Shown in pieces: positions 23,163-31,945 of a DNA stretch of 64,000 nucleotides. The notes under the pieces are model-generated. The model was not told where the DNA came from. It ran no database searches and worked only from the letters and a program-made list of their open reading frames with translations. The stretch comes from Armatimonadota bacterium (GTDB taxonomy: Bacteria; Armatimonadota; SYMT01), in NCBI GenBank assembly GCA_041690135.1, contig JAWLHY010000017.1, positions 96,001 through 160,000 of the forward strand, given 5' to 3'. Positions within the stretch are counted from its first letter, which is position 1. Every line of letters starts with the position of its first letter. A program made the translations under genes and the position numbers.

Positions 23163-23903
23163 ATGCGTCTTGGCGGTCGCGTGTTACTGATCACCGGCGG
23201 TGCGGCCGGGATTGGCAAAGCGGCGGCTCTGCGGGCGGCGCGCGAGGGTGCGGCGGTGAGCATTCTCGATGTCAGCCGGACCGAGGGGGAAGTAACCGTC
23301 CGGGAAATCGTGGAAGCGGGCGGCCGAGCCCGATTTTCCCCGGGCAGCGTCACCGATCCGGATATGGTGGAAAACGCTGTGCGGGACACGGTGGAAGCCT
23401 TCGGCGCCCTCCATGTCTTGATTACGGCAGCAGGCATTCTTCAGGGAGCCTACCGCCAGGTCGAAGAGTTGGATCCCGAGACCTTTGCCCGGGTGATGGA
23501 AGTCAATGTCCAGGGAACTTACCTCTCCTGCCGCTATGCCGTGCCGGCCATCGAAGCGAGCGGGGGAGGGGTTGTCCTCTGCGTTGCCTCCGGGGCGGGC
23601 GTACAGGGGCCCAGTTCCTCCCTTGTGTACGGAGCCAGTAAGGCGGCGGTGCACGGGTTCTGCCGGACGCTGGAACACCAGTTGCGCCCGCGCGGCATCC
23701 GGGTCAACGTAGTTTGCCCAGGCACGATCGACACTGCGCTGAAACGCCAGAACGTGCGGGATGGAGCGCTGGCTCGCGGCGAGGATCCGGAGCAGGCGTT
23801 GGCAGTGGCGGCCCTGGGCGATCCGGACGGCGTGGCCAGCATTCTGGCTTTTCTGGCCTCCCCGGAAGCGGACTATCTGGTGGGCACCGTCTTCACCCGT
23901 TAA
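23163..23903 (+). CDS. SDR family NAD(P)-dependent oxidoreductase
   Basis: TGGAAGIG, YGASK catalytic motif, GIRVNVVCPG; starts 1 nt after upstream stop. Confidence 0.9.
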   Translation: MRLGGRVLLITGGAAGIGKAAALRAAREGAAVSILDVSRTEGEVTVREIVEAGGRARFSPGSVTDPDMVENAVRDTVEAFGALHVLITAAGILQGAYRQVEELDPETFARVMEVNVQGTYLSCRYAVPAIEASGGGVVLCVASGAGVQGPSSSLVYGASKAAVHGFCRTLEHQLRPRGIRVNVVCPGTIDTALKRQNVRDGALARGEDPEQALAVAALGDPDGVASILAFLASPEADYLVGTVFTR

Positions 23904-23919
23904 GTATTGCCGAAATGAG

Positions 23920-23960
23920 AACGGACCGGGTGGAGCACCCCACCCGGTCCGTTTTCTCTT
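23920..23960. terminator. Rho-independent terminator between convergent genes
   Basis: 14-bp stem aacggaccgggtgg / ccacccggtccgtt followed by T-rich tract. Confidence 0.7.
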
Positions 23961-23977
23961 TGTGCAGGCGAAGCGGC

Positions 23978-25141
23978 TTAAAACTTCACGCTGATCTGCG
24001 TGATTGCGCTGGAGCTGCCGTCTCCTCCAGAGGTGCTGCCGATCCCACCCGTGGTGAGCGAATGCCGAAGCAACACATCCACCTTGGTGTTGCCAAAGCT
24101 ACGTCCGAAGCTCAGCCCGTAGACATCAAAATTGAACGCGTTACCCGCGGCGCCGAAACGGCTCCGCTCGTAATCGAGCCCAACCGTGAAGTGTCCGATC
24201 TGATAGTTGAGACCGCCGCGGAAGGACAGGACGCGTGCCAGCACGTCTCGGTCCTCTGCCGTGGTGGTGGCGGTAGCAAATTCAAAACCGAGGCGGTCGC
24301 TGATCGGACCACTCACCCCGTATCCCAGTGTGGTGCTGGAGCCCAACTGCGCAAACGGTGTCTCGCCGAACCGGTCCCACAGGTCGTTCTGGCGTCCGTA
24401 GAACGCCCGCAAAGTGTATTTGTTCAGCGCCAGGCTCAGTTCACCCCGATAGTTCAAAGCGTCCGTAGGGTTTTCCAGGGGCAGGTCTTGCATGCTTGTC
24501 AGCCGATCGGGACCATTCAGGTTGACCCCAAACGACAGTGGTCCGGCAGCGGCGGCCAGCCCCGGTCGAAAACCGCTCGCGTCCATCGCGGGACGTCCGA
24601 CCGCCGGCGCTGCATCCGAGAAAAGCGAGCCCGCCAGAGCACTGCGAAGCCCAAAGCTTCGGGTGGACAGCAAGGTATCGGCGGGGATTCCGCCGGCCAG
24701 GCGGCGGCTCTCCAGCGGAGTGGCTTCCTTTTCCAGTCGTGCCACCCGCTGTTCCAGGGATTCGAACTGCCGCTTCATTTCGGCGACATCCGGGCCGAGC
24801 GTGGCAATCTCTCCTGCAAACTCGTCCAGGAGGCGGCGGAAGGTGCGCAGGTCCTCGGGAAGTTGCCCGGGTTTGGTTGCGGACAAGACGCGCGGCTGCA
24901 GGCTGCGGTACATGCGCTCAACCGCCGTGGCGAATGCATATCGGGTGAGCTTGCGGCTTCCGGCGAAACTACCCACCGGAGAGCCCGTCACGTATCCATG
25001 TTTTTCCAGCCCGGCCACCGCGGCATAAGTCCAGTGGTTGGCGGCAACCTGCTGGTACGGCCGTGACGGTTCCATTGCCAGAGCACCCGTTCCAGCAAGA
25101 CAGCTTGCCGCAACAGTCGCCACCACGATCCACTTACACAT
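23978..25141 (-). CDS. SLH-domain, coiled-coil, beta-barrel outer membrane protein (OmpM/OmpAlpha-like porin)
   Basis: Signal peptide; SLH motif NHWTYAAV..L...GYVTG...F.G.R.LTRY; heptad stretch L..EFAGEIATLG...LEQRVARLEK; amphipathic strands; C-terminal QISVKF beta-signal. Confidence 0.8.
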   Translation of the reverse strand: MCKWIVVATVAASCLAGTGALAMEPSRPYQQVAANHWTYAAVAGLEKHGYVTGSPVGSFAGSRKLTRYAFATAVERMYRSLQPRVLSATKPGQLPEDLRTFRRLLDEFAGEIATLGPDVAEMKRQFESLEQRVARLEKEATPLESRRLAGGIPADTLLSTRSFGLRSALAGSLFSDAAPAVGRPAMDASGFRPGLAAAAGPLSFGVNLNGPDRLTSMQDLPLENPTDALNYRGELSLALNKYTLRAFYGRQNDLWDRFGETPFAQLGSSTTLGYGVSGPISDRLGFEFATATTTAEDRDVLARVLSFRGGLNYQIGHFTVGLDYERSRFGAAGNAFNFDVYGLSFGRSFGNTKVDVLLRHSLTTGGIGSTSGGDGSSSAITQISVKF

Positions 25142-25452
25142 GCCAGTGCCCCTGATCAATCCCCGGACGCGCACCCGGTCCGCATGCAAGCGGACAGGCG
25201 CCTACGTTTCTTACTTCCAATCTTATTATGCCAGTAACTGCCCGCACATTAAATCTATCGCAGGATCGATTTCGCGACCCGCCTGGCAGAAAGGGATTGG
25301 CTGCCTGTATCGCACTCCACCACCCGGACCATTCTCTTCCCCCAGATTGGACGAGCGCCGCAGCGATTCCTCCAGGTGAGATGAGTAATCAGGCGCCTGC
25401 CGAGGCTTTCGCGGTAAAACACCAGTGACAGGTGGGAATGGAGTTATACCCA

Positions 25453-25674
25453 ATGCCAGAAGACCGTACTGAAGTCAACGTGGAATCGCTGGTCACGGCC
25501 CATGCGGTATTGCATACGGTGGATCACATCCTCCGGGTCTCCAGCAGTTTGGAAGACGCGCGCGGACAGGTGGCGCGCCTGCTGGAACTGGTGCAGGACA
25601 AGGCGCGTGAGGAGCATGTGCCGGCGGCTATGCTGCGTGAAGCGGGTCGCGACATGTTAATGGATTTGCTGTAA
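25453..25674 (+). CDS. Small hypothetical helical protein
   Basis: RBS ggag before ATG; natural composition; fills an intergenic gap. Confidence 0.6.
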   Translation: MPEDRTEVNVESLVTAHAVLHTVDHILRVSSSLEDARGQVARLLELVQDKAREEHVPAAMLREAGRDMLMDLL

Positions 25675-25751
25675 GTCACAGAGGCGGAACGTGCCGGCCG
25701 GCGCGCGTGTCATACTACGGTAGTAGAGTCGATTTTCAGTAGAGGCCTCCT

Positions 25752-26390
25752 ATGTCAATCAGAGCTTGGGTGCTGGGCGCCGTGGTGGCGGGGCTGGCAA
25801 GCAGTCTTGCGAGTCCCGCGGACGCTCGCTTCGATATCGGCATCGGTAGTGTGCTGGGTAATACCGGCATCCACACGGGTGTCAACTACCGCCTGGGCGG
25901 CTGGAATGATCGCTTCGGCTCGCATGTCTATATAGATGCCGGCCGGTATATCAACCGGCGCAAGAAGAGCGAGCGCAAGCCGGATGAGAAACGCGACCGA
26001 AAGAACGACCGCCGGGAGGTTGAGCGAACTTCGGGCGACGTGCGCCTTTCCGTGTCGCCGGCCGCTTCGTGGGTTTACCTCAACGGGGTGCGGATCGATG
26101 CCGACGGGCGGTCGAAGCTGTTTCTGCCGCAAGGACGTCACCGTCTCGAATTCGTGCGTCCTGGATACCGGACCGAGGTGGCTGAGCTTTCCGTACAACC
26201 CGGTATCCGCTACGAAGTGGACCGCAAGTTGACTCGCCTTCAGGATGGGGAGTTGGGGGATCCACGGATCGACTCCCCGGGAGTACCGGTTTCCGTGGAG
26301 ACTGCGCTCCGAGAACTCGCCAGGCCGGAGCAAAGCGGGGACCGGGGCATGCGCCAACCGGTGGAACGGATCGAGCCCTCACGCCGCTAA
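25752..26390 (+). CDS. Secreted PEGA domain-containing protein
   Basis: Signal peptide (ADA); VRLSVSPAASWVYLNG...LPQGRHRLEFVRPGYR PEGA pattern. Confidence 0.75.
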   Translation: MSIRAWVLGAVVAGLASSLASPADARFDIGIGSVLGNTGIHTGVNYRLGGWNDRFGSHVYIDAGRYINRRKKSERKPDEKRDRKNDRREVERTSGDVRLSVSPAASWVYLNGVRIDADGRSKLFLPQGRHRLEFVRPGYRTEVAELSVQPGIRYEVDRKLTRLQDGELGDPRIDSPGVPVSVETALRELARPEQSGDRGMRQPVERIEPSRR

Positions 26391-26417
26391 TTCCTGTTCC
26401 GCGAAAAGCACCGTTTG

Positions 26418-26455
26418 CAGCGACCCCGGGTGGAGATTGCCGCCCGGGGTCGCTG
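26418..26455 (+). terminator. Hairpin after PEGA gene
   Basis: 16-bp stem (one G-U) cagcgaccccgggtgg / ccgcccggggtcgctg. Confidence 0.5.
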
Positions 26456-26545
26456 GCATTTGGCGGCGCGGATTGCGTGAAACGTCCGCCAGCCGAGTGG
26501 GTCCCATCAGACGAACGACGGGTTACCCGGTCATTGTGAGGGCGG

Positions 26546-27508
26546 ATGATGATGCAGCGAAGGGAGTTCTTGAGATGCGGGGCGACTCTCCTCGGAGCCG
26601 CGGCCGCCGGCTTACCATGCAGATCGGCGGCTGCAAACCAGGCGAAACCGCAGGCCTCACCGCTCGACCGCATTTGCCTTTTCACGGATCATCTCGATGA
26701 TCATGGCTATACCCTTGCGGAGGTAGCCGGGATGCTCAAGCAGTTGGCAGTAACCGGTCCAGACCTCACGGTGCGAGCGGGAGGCCTGGTCCTGCCCGAG
26801 CGGGTCGGGGAAGATCTTCCCCGCGCAGTCGCGGCATTCCGGGAAGCCGGGTTGTCAGTCCCCATGATCAGCACCGGGATCACCGCGGTGGATGCCACGG
26901 CGACAGCGCTGATCTCCACGGCCGGGAAGCAGGGTATCCGGTACTTCAAGCTGGGCTACTACCATTACGATGATCCCGCCCGCTGGAAGGAGAGTATCGA
27001 AAGCGCCCGCCGGGCATTGACGCCCCTGGTGCAGTTGGCCCGGGATTGCGGGATGGTGGCGGGACTCCATAACCACGCGGGGGCCACCATTGGAGGGGCG
27101 ATCTGGGATACTGCCGAGCTCCTCCAGTCGCTGGATGCAGATTGGGTCGGCTACTATTTCGATCCCTCTCACGCGACGATCGAAGGGGGAAACCACGCCT
27201 GGAAGTTGAACTTCCAGCGAGCGGCTGAACGCTTGAAGATGGTCGCGCTCAAAGACTTCGTTTGGGAGAAGAGCGGCGGCCAGTGGCGGACCCGTTGGGT
27301 GCCGTTGGGAGAGGGCGTAGTCCGCTGGCCGGAGTTCCTACGGATGCTCGCGCGGTTGAACTTCAGTGGCCCTCTTTCCCTCCACATCGAATACGATCCT
27401 GGCGGAACGACCCGCGCGGCACGGTTCGAGAATAGCTTCGCCGCCGCCCAGCGCGACCTCGAATTCCTCGGCAAGCAATGGCAGGCGGTTCAGGCGAAGG
27501 CGGGATAA
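26546..27508 (+). CDS. Tat-signal sugar phosphate isomerase/epimerase family protein
   Basis: QRREFL twin-arginine signal; LHNH, YFDPSH, LKDF, VPLGEG, SLHIEY. Confidence 0.85.
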   Translation: MMMQRREFLRCGATLLGAAAAGLPCRSAAANQAKPQASPLDRICLFTDHLDDHGYTLAEVAGMLKQLAVTGPDLTVRAGGLVLPERVGEDLPRAVAAFREAGLSVPMISTGITAVDATATALISTAGKQGIRYFKLGYYHYDDPARWKESIESARRALTPLVQLARDCGMVAGLHNHAGATIGGAIWDTAELLQSLDADWVGYYFDPSHATIEGGNHAWKLNFQRAAERLKMVALKDFVWEKSGGQWRTRWVPLGEGVVRWPEFLRMLARLNFSGPLSLHIEYDPGGTTRAARFENSFAAAQRDLEFLGKQWQAVQAKAG

Positions 27509-27598
27509 GGCGGTTCCACCTTTCGTTTCCCTGCATCAAAGCGGCCGGTGCAGTGTCCAAGGCACCATTGCCAAGTCTTCGATCCCGCTGGTTTCCCT

Positions 27599-30391
27599 AT
27601 GAAGACACTTGCCCTCGCCCTTCTGGTGTTGCCTTTCGGGGCCGCAGTTGCTTCGTCAGGTCCCGCACCCATCGATTATGCCCGGCAAGTCAAACCGCTG
27701 CTCGCTGAGCGTTGCTTCTCTTGCCACGGGGCCCTCAAGCAAGAGGGCGGCCTGCGCCTCGACACCGGCTGGCTCATTCGCAAGGGAGGCGCCAGCGGAA
27801 AGGCAGCCGTGGCCGGCAGGTCCGCGGAAAGTCCCCTGATCCGGCGCATCGCGGATCCTGATCCCGTCACCCGCATGCCTCCGGAGGGAGAACCACTCAA
27901 GCCGAACCAGGTGGCACTCTTGCGGGCCTGGATCGATCAGGGCGCCCGCAGCCCGCTTTCCGAGAAGGCGGAGGAGGACCCCCGCCGCCACTGGTCTTTT
28001 CGGAGACCGAAGGCGCCGCAGACGCCACGGTTCCCGGTAGGGAGCCGAGCCGCAAAGTGGATCCGCAACCCAATCGATGCCTTTGTCGCCGCCGCACACG
28101 TGAAGCACGGGGTGGAGCCGAGTGTGGAAGCCCACAAGGAAGTACTGCTCCGACGGGTCTACATCGACCTGATCGGCCTTCCTCCAACTCGTGCGGAGTT
28201 ACTGGCGTTCCTGGCGGACCGCTCTCCCGACGCCTACGAGAAGGTAGTGGACCGGCTACTGGCCAGCCCCCGCTACGGGGAGCGATGGGCGCGCCACTGG
28301 ATGGATGTGTGGCGCTACAGTGACTGGTACGGACGACGCGCCCAGGACGACGTGCGCAACAGCTACGGGCAGATGTGGCGCTGGCGGGACTGGATCGTTC
28401 GCTCGCTCAACCAGGACAAGGGATACGATCGTATGGTGGTCGAGATGCTGGCCGCCGACGAGGTAGCACCGGAGGATCTGGAAGCCCTGCCCGCTACGGG
28501 TTACCTGGTGAGGAACTGGTACTCGCTCAATTACAACCAGTGGATGCGGGATAACGTGGAGCATACCGGAAAAGCCTTCCTGGGTCTCACGCTGAACTGC
28601 GCGCATTGCCACGACCACAAGTACGACCCGCTCTCGCAGAAGGAGTACTTCCAGTTCCGGGCGTTCTTCGAGCCCCTGGAACTCCGCCACGAACGGGTTC
28701 CCGGAGAGCCGGATCCCGGTCTCTTCCCCAAGTACGTGTACGGTGGCTCAACGCCGGTGCTCAAGACGGGTATGGTCCGGGTGTTCGACGAAAAGCTCGA
28801 CGCACAAACCTTCATGTACGAGCGCGGCGACGAACGGAACCGCATGGAAGGTGTTCCCCCGGTTGCGCCGGGGGTTCCTGCGCTACTGGGCGGCGCTACC
28901 CTGCAGATACGCCCGGTCCACCTACCGGTCGCCGCCCACTATCCCGGCCTCAAGCCCTTCATCCGCGAGGAAGAGCTGGCCAGGCGGGAGAAGGCGGTTG
29001 CAGCGGCCCGCGGCGCTCTGGATGTGGCTGCGGTTGGGGATCGCAAACTCGCGGAAGGCAGGCTGGCTGCCGCAGAAGGGGATCTGGCGGCACTGAAAGC
29101 ACGCATCGCCGCGGATGAGGTGCGTTTCGGCCGCGCCACTGGAGATGCCGAAGCCCTCGCCCGGAAAGCGGCGCGGGCGGAACGGACAGCTGCCCTGCGA
29201 GTGGCCGAAGCCCGGCTATTAACCGTGGAAGCCGACCTGGCAACGGCTACCGCGAAGGGGGACACGGCGGCCGGTCAGAAGGCTCAGCAGCAGGTAACGG
29301 CGGCACGGGCGGCGGTGGAAGCGGCAAACAAGGCACTTCAAACCACGGATGCGAAGTACACCCCTCTCAGCCCCATCTACCCCCGTCAGAGCACGGGCCG
29401 GCGCACGGCGTTGGCCCGTTGGATCGCCAGTCCCGAGAACCCACTGACGGGCCGGGTCGCGGTGAACCACATCTGGCGTTATCACTTTGGCAAGCCGCTC
29501 GTGGAGACGGTGTTCGACTTCGGACGGAACGGCAAGCGGCCCACCCATCCGGAGTTGCTGGACTTCCTTGCTTCGGTGTTTTCCGCTTCCTCGGAGAGAA
29601 TGGGAGAAGGGAAGGATGTGGGAAAGGGTGAGCCGGTCAGCCCCTCCGATGTCAGGTTCTCCCATTCCCAACGGCAAACGGGCATGGGTTGGAGCATGAA
29701 AAAACTCCACCGCCTTATCGTCACCAGCAGCACTTACCGCATGGCTTCGGGGCCGGTGCGGGCGGATGACGTGCGGTTGTCGCGAGACCGCGAGAACCAG
29801 TACCTGTGGCGCTACAACTCCCGCCGGGTGGAGGCGGAAGTGGTGCGGGATGGTATGCTCTGGGCTTCCGGATCACTCGATCTTACGTTGGGAGGCCCGG
29901 AGTTGGACAACCGGCAGGAGACGACCCCCCGGCGGAGCCTCTATTACAGCGTGTTTGCGGAAGACGGCGGGCACATGCGGCTCCTCGCGACGTTCGATGC
30001 TCCCGATCCCTGTGACTCCTATCGGCGCACGGAAAGTATTCTGCCCCAGCAGGCGCTCGCCCTGACCAACAGCCGGCTGGCACTCGATCAGGGGCGTCTA
30101 CTGGCCCGGAAGTTGTGGGCGACGCTACCTGGAGAACTGGGCGGAGATACGGTCCGGTTCCGGGTCTACACGGATATGTTGTTCGAACAACTGCTCACCC
30201 GCCGCCCCAGCACCCCGGAAATGCAGGCCTGCCTTGACTTTCTCCAGCGGCAAGTGCGTCTGTTCCGCGACCAGGAGCCACCCAAAGGAGCGAGCGCCGG
30301 CGTTCCGCCATCCGCCGATCCGGTGGTCCGAGCGGCCGAAAGCCTGGCGCAGGCCCTGTTCAGCCACAACGATTTCCTGACGCTGCGATGA
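27599..30391 (+). CDS. Planctomycete cytochrome c + DUF1549 + DUF1553 (PSD1) domain protein
   Basis: CFSCH haem motif, GGLRLD, RMPP, HWSF, NPIDAF, LLRRVYIDLIGLPPT, YGERWARHWMD, CAHCHDHKYDP, NPLTGRVAVNHIW, PTHPELLD, FDAPD, PQQALAL. Confidence 0.92.
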   Translation: MKTLALALLVLPFGAAVASSGPAPIDYARQVKPLLAERCFSCHGALKQEGGLRLDTGWLIRKGGASGKAAVAGRSAESPLIRRIADPDPVTRMPPEGEPLKPNQVALLRAWIDQGARSPLSEKAEEDPRRHWSFRRPKAPQTPRFPVGSRAAKWIRNPIDAFVAAAHVKHGVEPSVEAHKEVLLRRVYIDLIGLPPTRAELLAFLADRSPDAYEKVVDRLLASPRYGERWARHWMDVWRYSDWYGRRAQDDVRNSYGQMWRWRDWIVRSLNQDKGYDRMVVEMLAADEVAPEDLEALPATGYLVRNWYSLNYNQWMRDNVEHTGKAFLGLTLNCAHCHDHKYDPLSQKEYFQFRAFFEPLELRHERVPGEPDPGLFPKYVYGGSTPVLKTGMVRVFDEKLDAQTFMYERGDERNRMEGVPPVAPGVPALLGGATLQIRPVHLPVAAHYPGLKPFIREEELARREKAVAAARGALDVAAVGDRKLAEGRLAAAEGDLAALKARIAADEVRFGRATGDAEALARKAARAERTAALRVAEARLLTVEADLATATAKGDTAAGQKAQQQVTAARAAVEAANKALQTTDAKYTPLSPIYPRQSTGRRTALARWIASPENPLTGRVAVNHIWRYHFGKPLVETVFDFGRNGKRPTHPELLDFLASVFSASSERMGEGKDVGKGEPVSPSDVRFSHSQRQTGMGWSMKKLHRLIVTSSTYRMASGPVRADDVRLSRDRENQYLWRYNSRRVEAEVVRDGMLWASGSLDLTLGGPELDNRQETTPRRSLYYSVFAEDGGHMRLLATFDAPDPCDSYRRTESILPQQALALTNSRLALDQGRLLARKLWATLPGELGGDTVRFRVYTDMLFEQLLTRRPSTPEMQACLDFLQRQVRLFRDQEPPKGASAGVPPSADPVVRAAESLAQALFSHNDFLTLR

Positions 30392-30411
30392 ACCGGAGGG
30401 GGAGAGCGGAA

Positions 30412-31938
30412 ATGGCGTGCAACTCACACGACAGTCCCGAGTGCGGTCGCATAGCGCGGCGTACGTTCCTATCGGACCTGGGAATGGGCTTTACAGGTCT
30501 CGCCCTGGGATCGATGTTGGCAGGCGAACGCGCCTCCCACGCGGAGCCCCAGATACTCCCGACCAGCGGGAAACCGAGACCCGTTGGCGGTTCCGCCCCG
30601 TCCCGTTCCGCTCCGCACTTTGCACCTCGGGCGAAGTCAGTTATCTGGATCTTCCTTTCTGGGGGCTATAGCCATCTCGAGACCTTCGATCCCAAGCCGG
30701 CCCTGAACCGCTATGGCGGAAAAACATACGAGCAAACCGAGTTCGAAAACCCGCTCAAATCGCCGCTGCACGACCTCCGCTCGCGATCCGTCGTGCCGAT
30801 GCCGCGGAAAACCTACCCGACGATCTTCGAGATGCAGGTCGGGTGGAAGAAGCACGGGCAGTGTGGGATGGAAGTCTCGGACTGGCTTCCCGAACTGGCC
30901 ACCTGTGTGGACGACATCGCCGTGGTGCGGAACATGTGGACCACAGATAACGACCATGCCGCCGAAAACCAGATGCACACGGGCCGGCACAAGCTGGATG
31001 AAGTCCAGCCCAGTATTGGGGCCTGGGTCCACTATGGACTGGGGAGTCTCAACGACAACCTGCCGCAGTTTGCCGTGCTAGGAGGGCCCACGCGCCCGGA
31101 TACACGCGATTCCATTGGGTCGAACTACCTGGGACCGGAGCATTCGGGCGTGCCCCTTTCTCTCGATCCCAAGGACCCGCTCCCTTACGGCGCGCGGGCG
31201 CAGGACGTCCTCGCGGAGGAGCAGCGGAACCAGTATGAGTTGATCGGCCGGCTGAACCGCCTATCCGCCGTGGAGTATCCCCAGGACCCGGCGGTACTTG
31301 CGCGCATCCGCGCTTACGAACTGGCGTTCCGGATGCAGATGGCCGTCCCGGAGACGCTGGACATCTCCCAAGAGAGCGCGGAAACCCGCAAGCTCTACGG
31401 ACTGGACTTACCCGTGACGCGGGAAGCCGGTCACCGGATGTTGCTGGCGCGGCGCCTGGTCGAACGCGGCGTACGCTTTGTACAGGTCTATCCCACCCCC
31501 TATGGGCGGTGGGATTCCCACACGGAGTTGCGCAAGAACCACTCCGCATTGTGCCCCCAGATCGATCGTCCGGTGGCCGGGCTTCTCAAAGACCTCAAGC
31601 GCCGTGGCCTCTGGAATGACGTGCTGGTGGTGTTCTGCACCGAGTTCGGACGCACTCCTGGTGTGGAGAACGGATACGGCCCGACAGGCGGAAGAGACCA
31701 CCATCCACACGGCTTCTCGGTTTGGTTTGCCGGAGCTGGTGTCCGAGGAGGGATGGTGCACGGCGCCACCGACGAGTTGGGCTTCCATGCGGTAGAGCCG
31801 GGCCACTACGTCACCGATATCCACGCCACGGTGCTCCACCTGATGGGGCTCGAACCGGAGCGCCTGGAGATTCCCGGGCGCAAGCGGCTGGATGCCGATC
31901 GTGGAAAGCTGATCCGGGAAATCCTTACCACTGCCTGA
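30412..31938 (+). CDS. DUF1501 domain-containing protein (Tat signal)
   Basis: ARRTFL; HFAPRAKSVIWIFLSGGYSHLETFDPKP, YELAFRMQ, LARRLVERGVRFV, WDSH, TEFGRTP, GRDHHP. Confidence 0.92.
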   Translation: MACNSHDSPECGRIARRTFLSDLGMGFTGLALGSMLAGERASHAEPQILPTSGKPRPVGGSAPSRSAPHFAPRAKSVIWIFLSGGYSHLETFDPKPALNRYGGKTYEQTEFENPLKSPLHDLRSRSVVPMPRKTYPTIFEMQVGWKKHGQCGMEVSDWLPELATCVDDIAVVRNMWTTDNDHAAENQMHTGRHKLDEVQPSIGAWVHYGLGSLNDNLPQFAVLGGPTRPDTRDSIGSNYLGPEHSGVPLSLDPKDPLPYGARAQDVLAEEQRNQYELIGRLNRLSAVEYPQDPAVLARIRAYELAFRMQMAVPETLDISQESAETRKLYGLDLPVTREAGHRMLLARRLVERGVRFVQVYPTPYGRWDSHTELRKNHSALCPQIDRPVAGLLKDLKRRGLWNDVLVVFCTEFGRTPGVENGYGPTGGRDHHPHGFSVWFAGAGVRGGMVHGATDELGFHAVEPGHYVTDIHATVLHLMGLEPERLEIPGRKRLDADRGKLIREILTTA

Positions 31939-31945
31939 GTGCCGA

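Noticed and set aside
23714-25066. 450-aa + strand ORF
   Set aside because: Antisense to the SLH barrel gene and runs through a terminator
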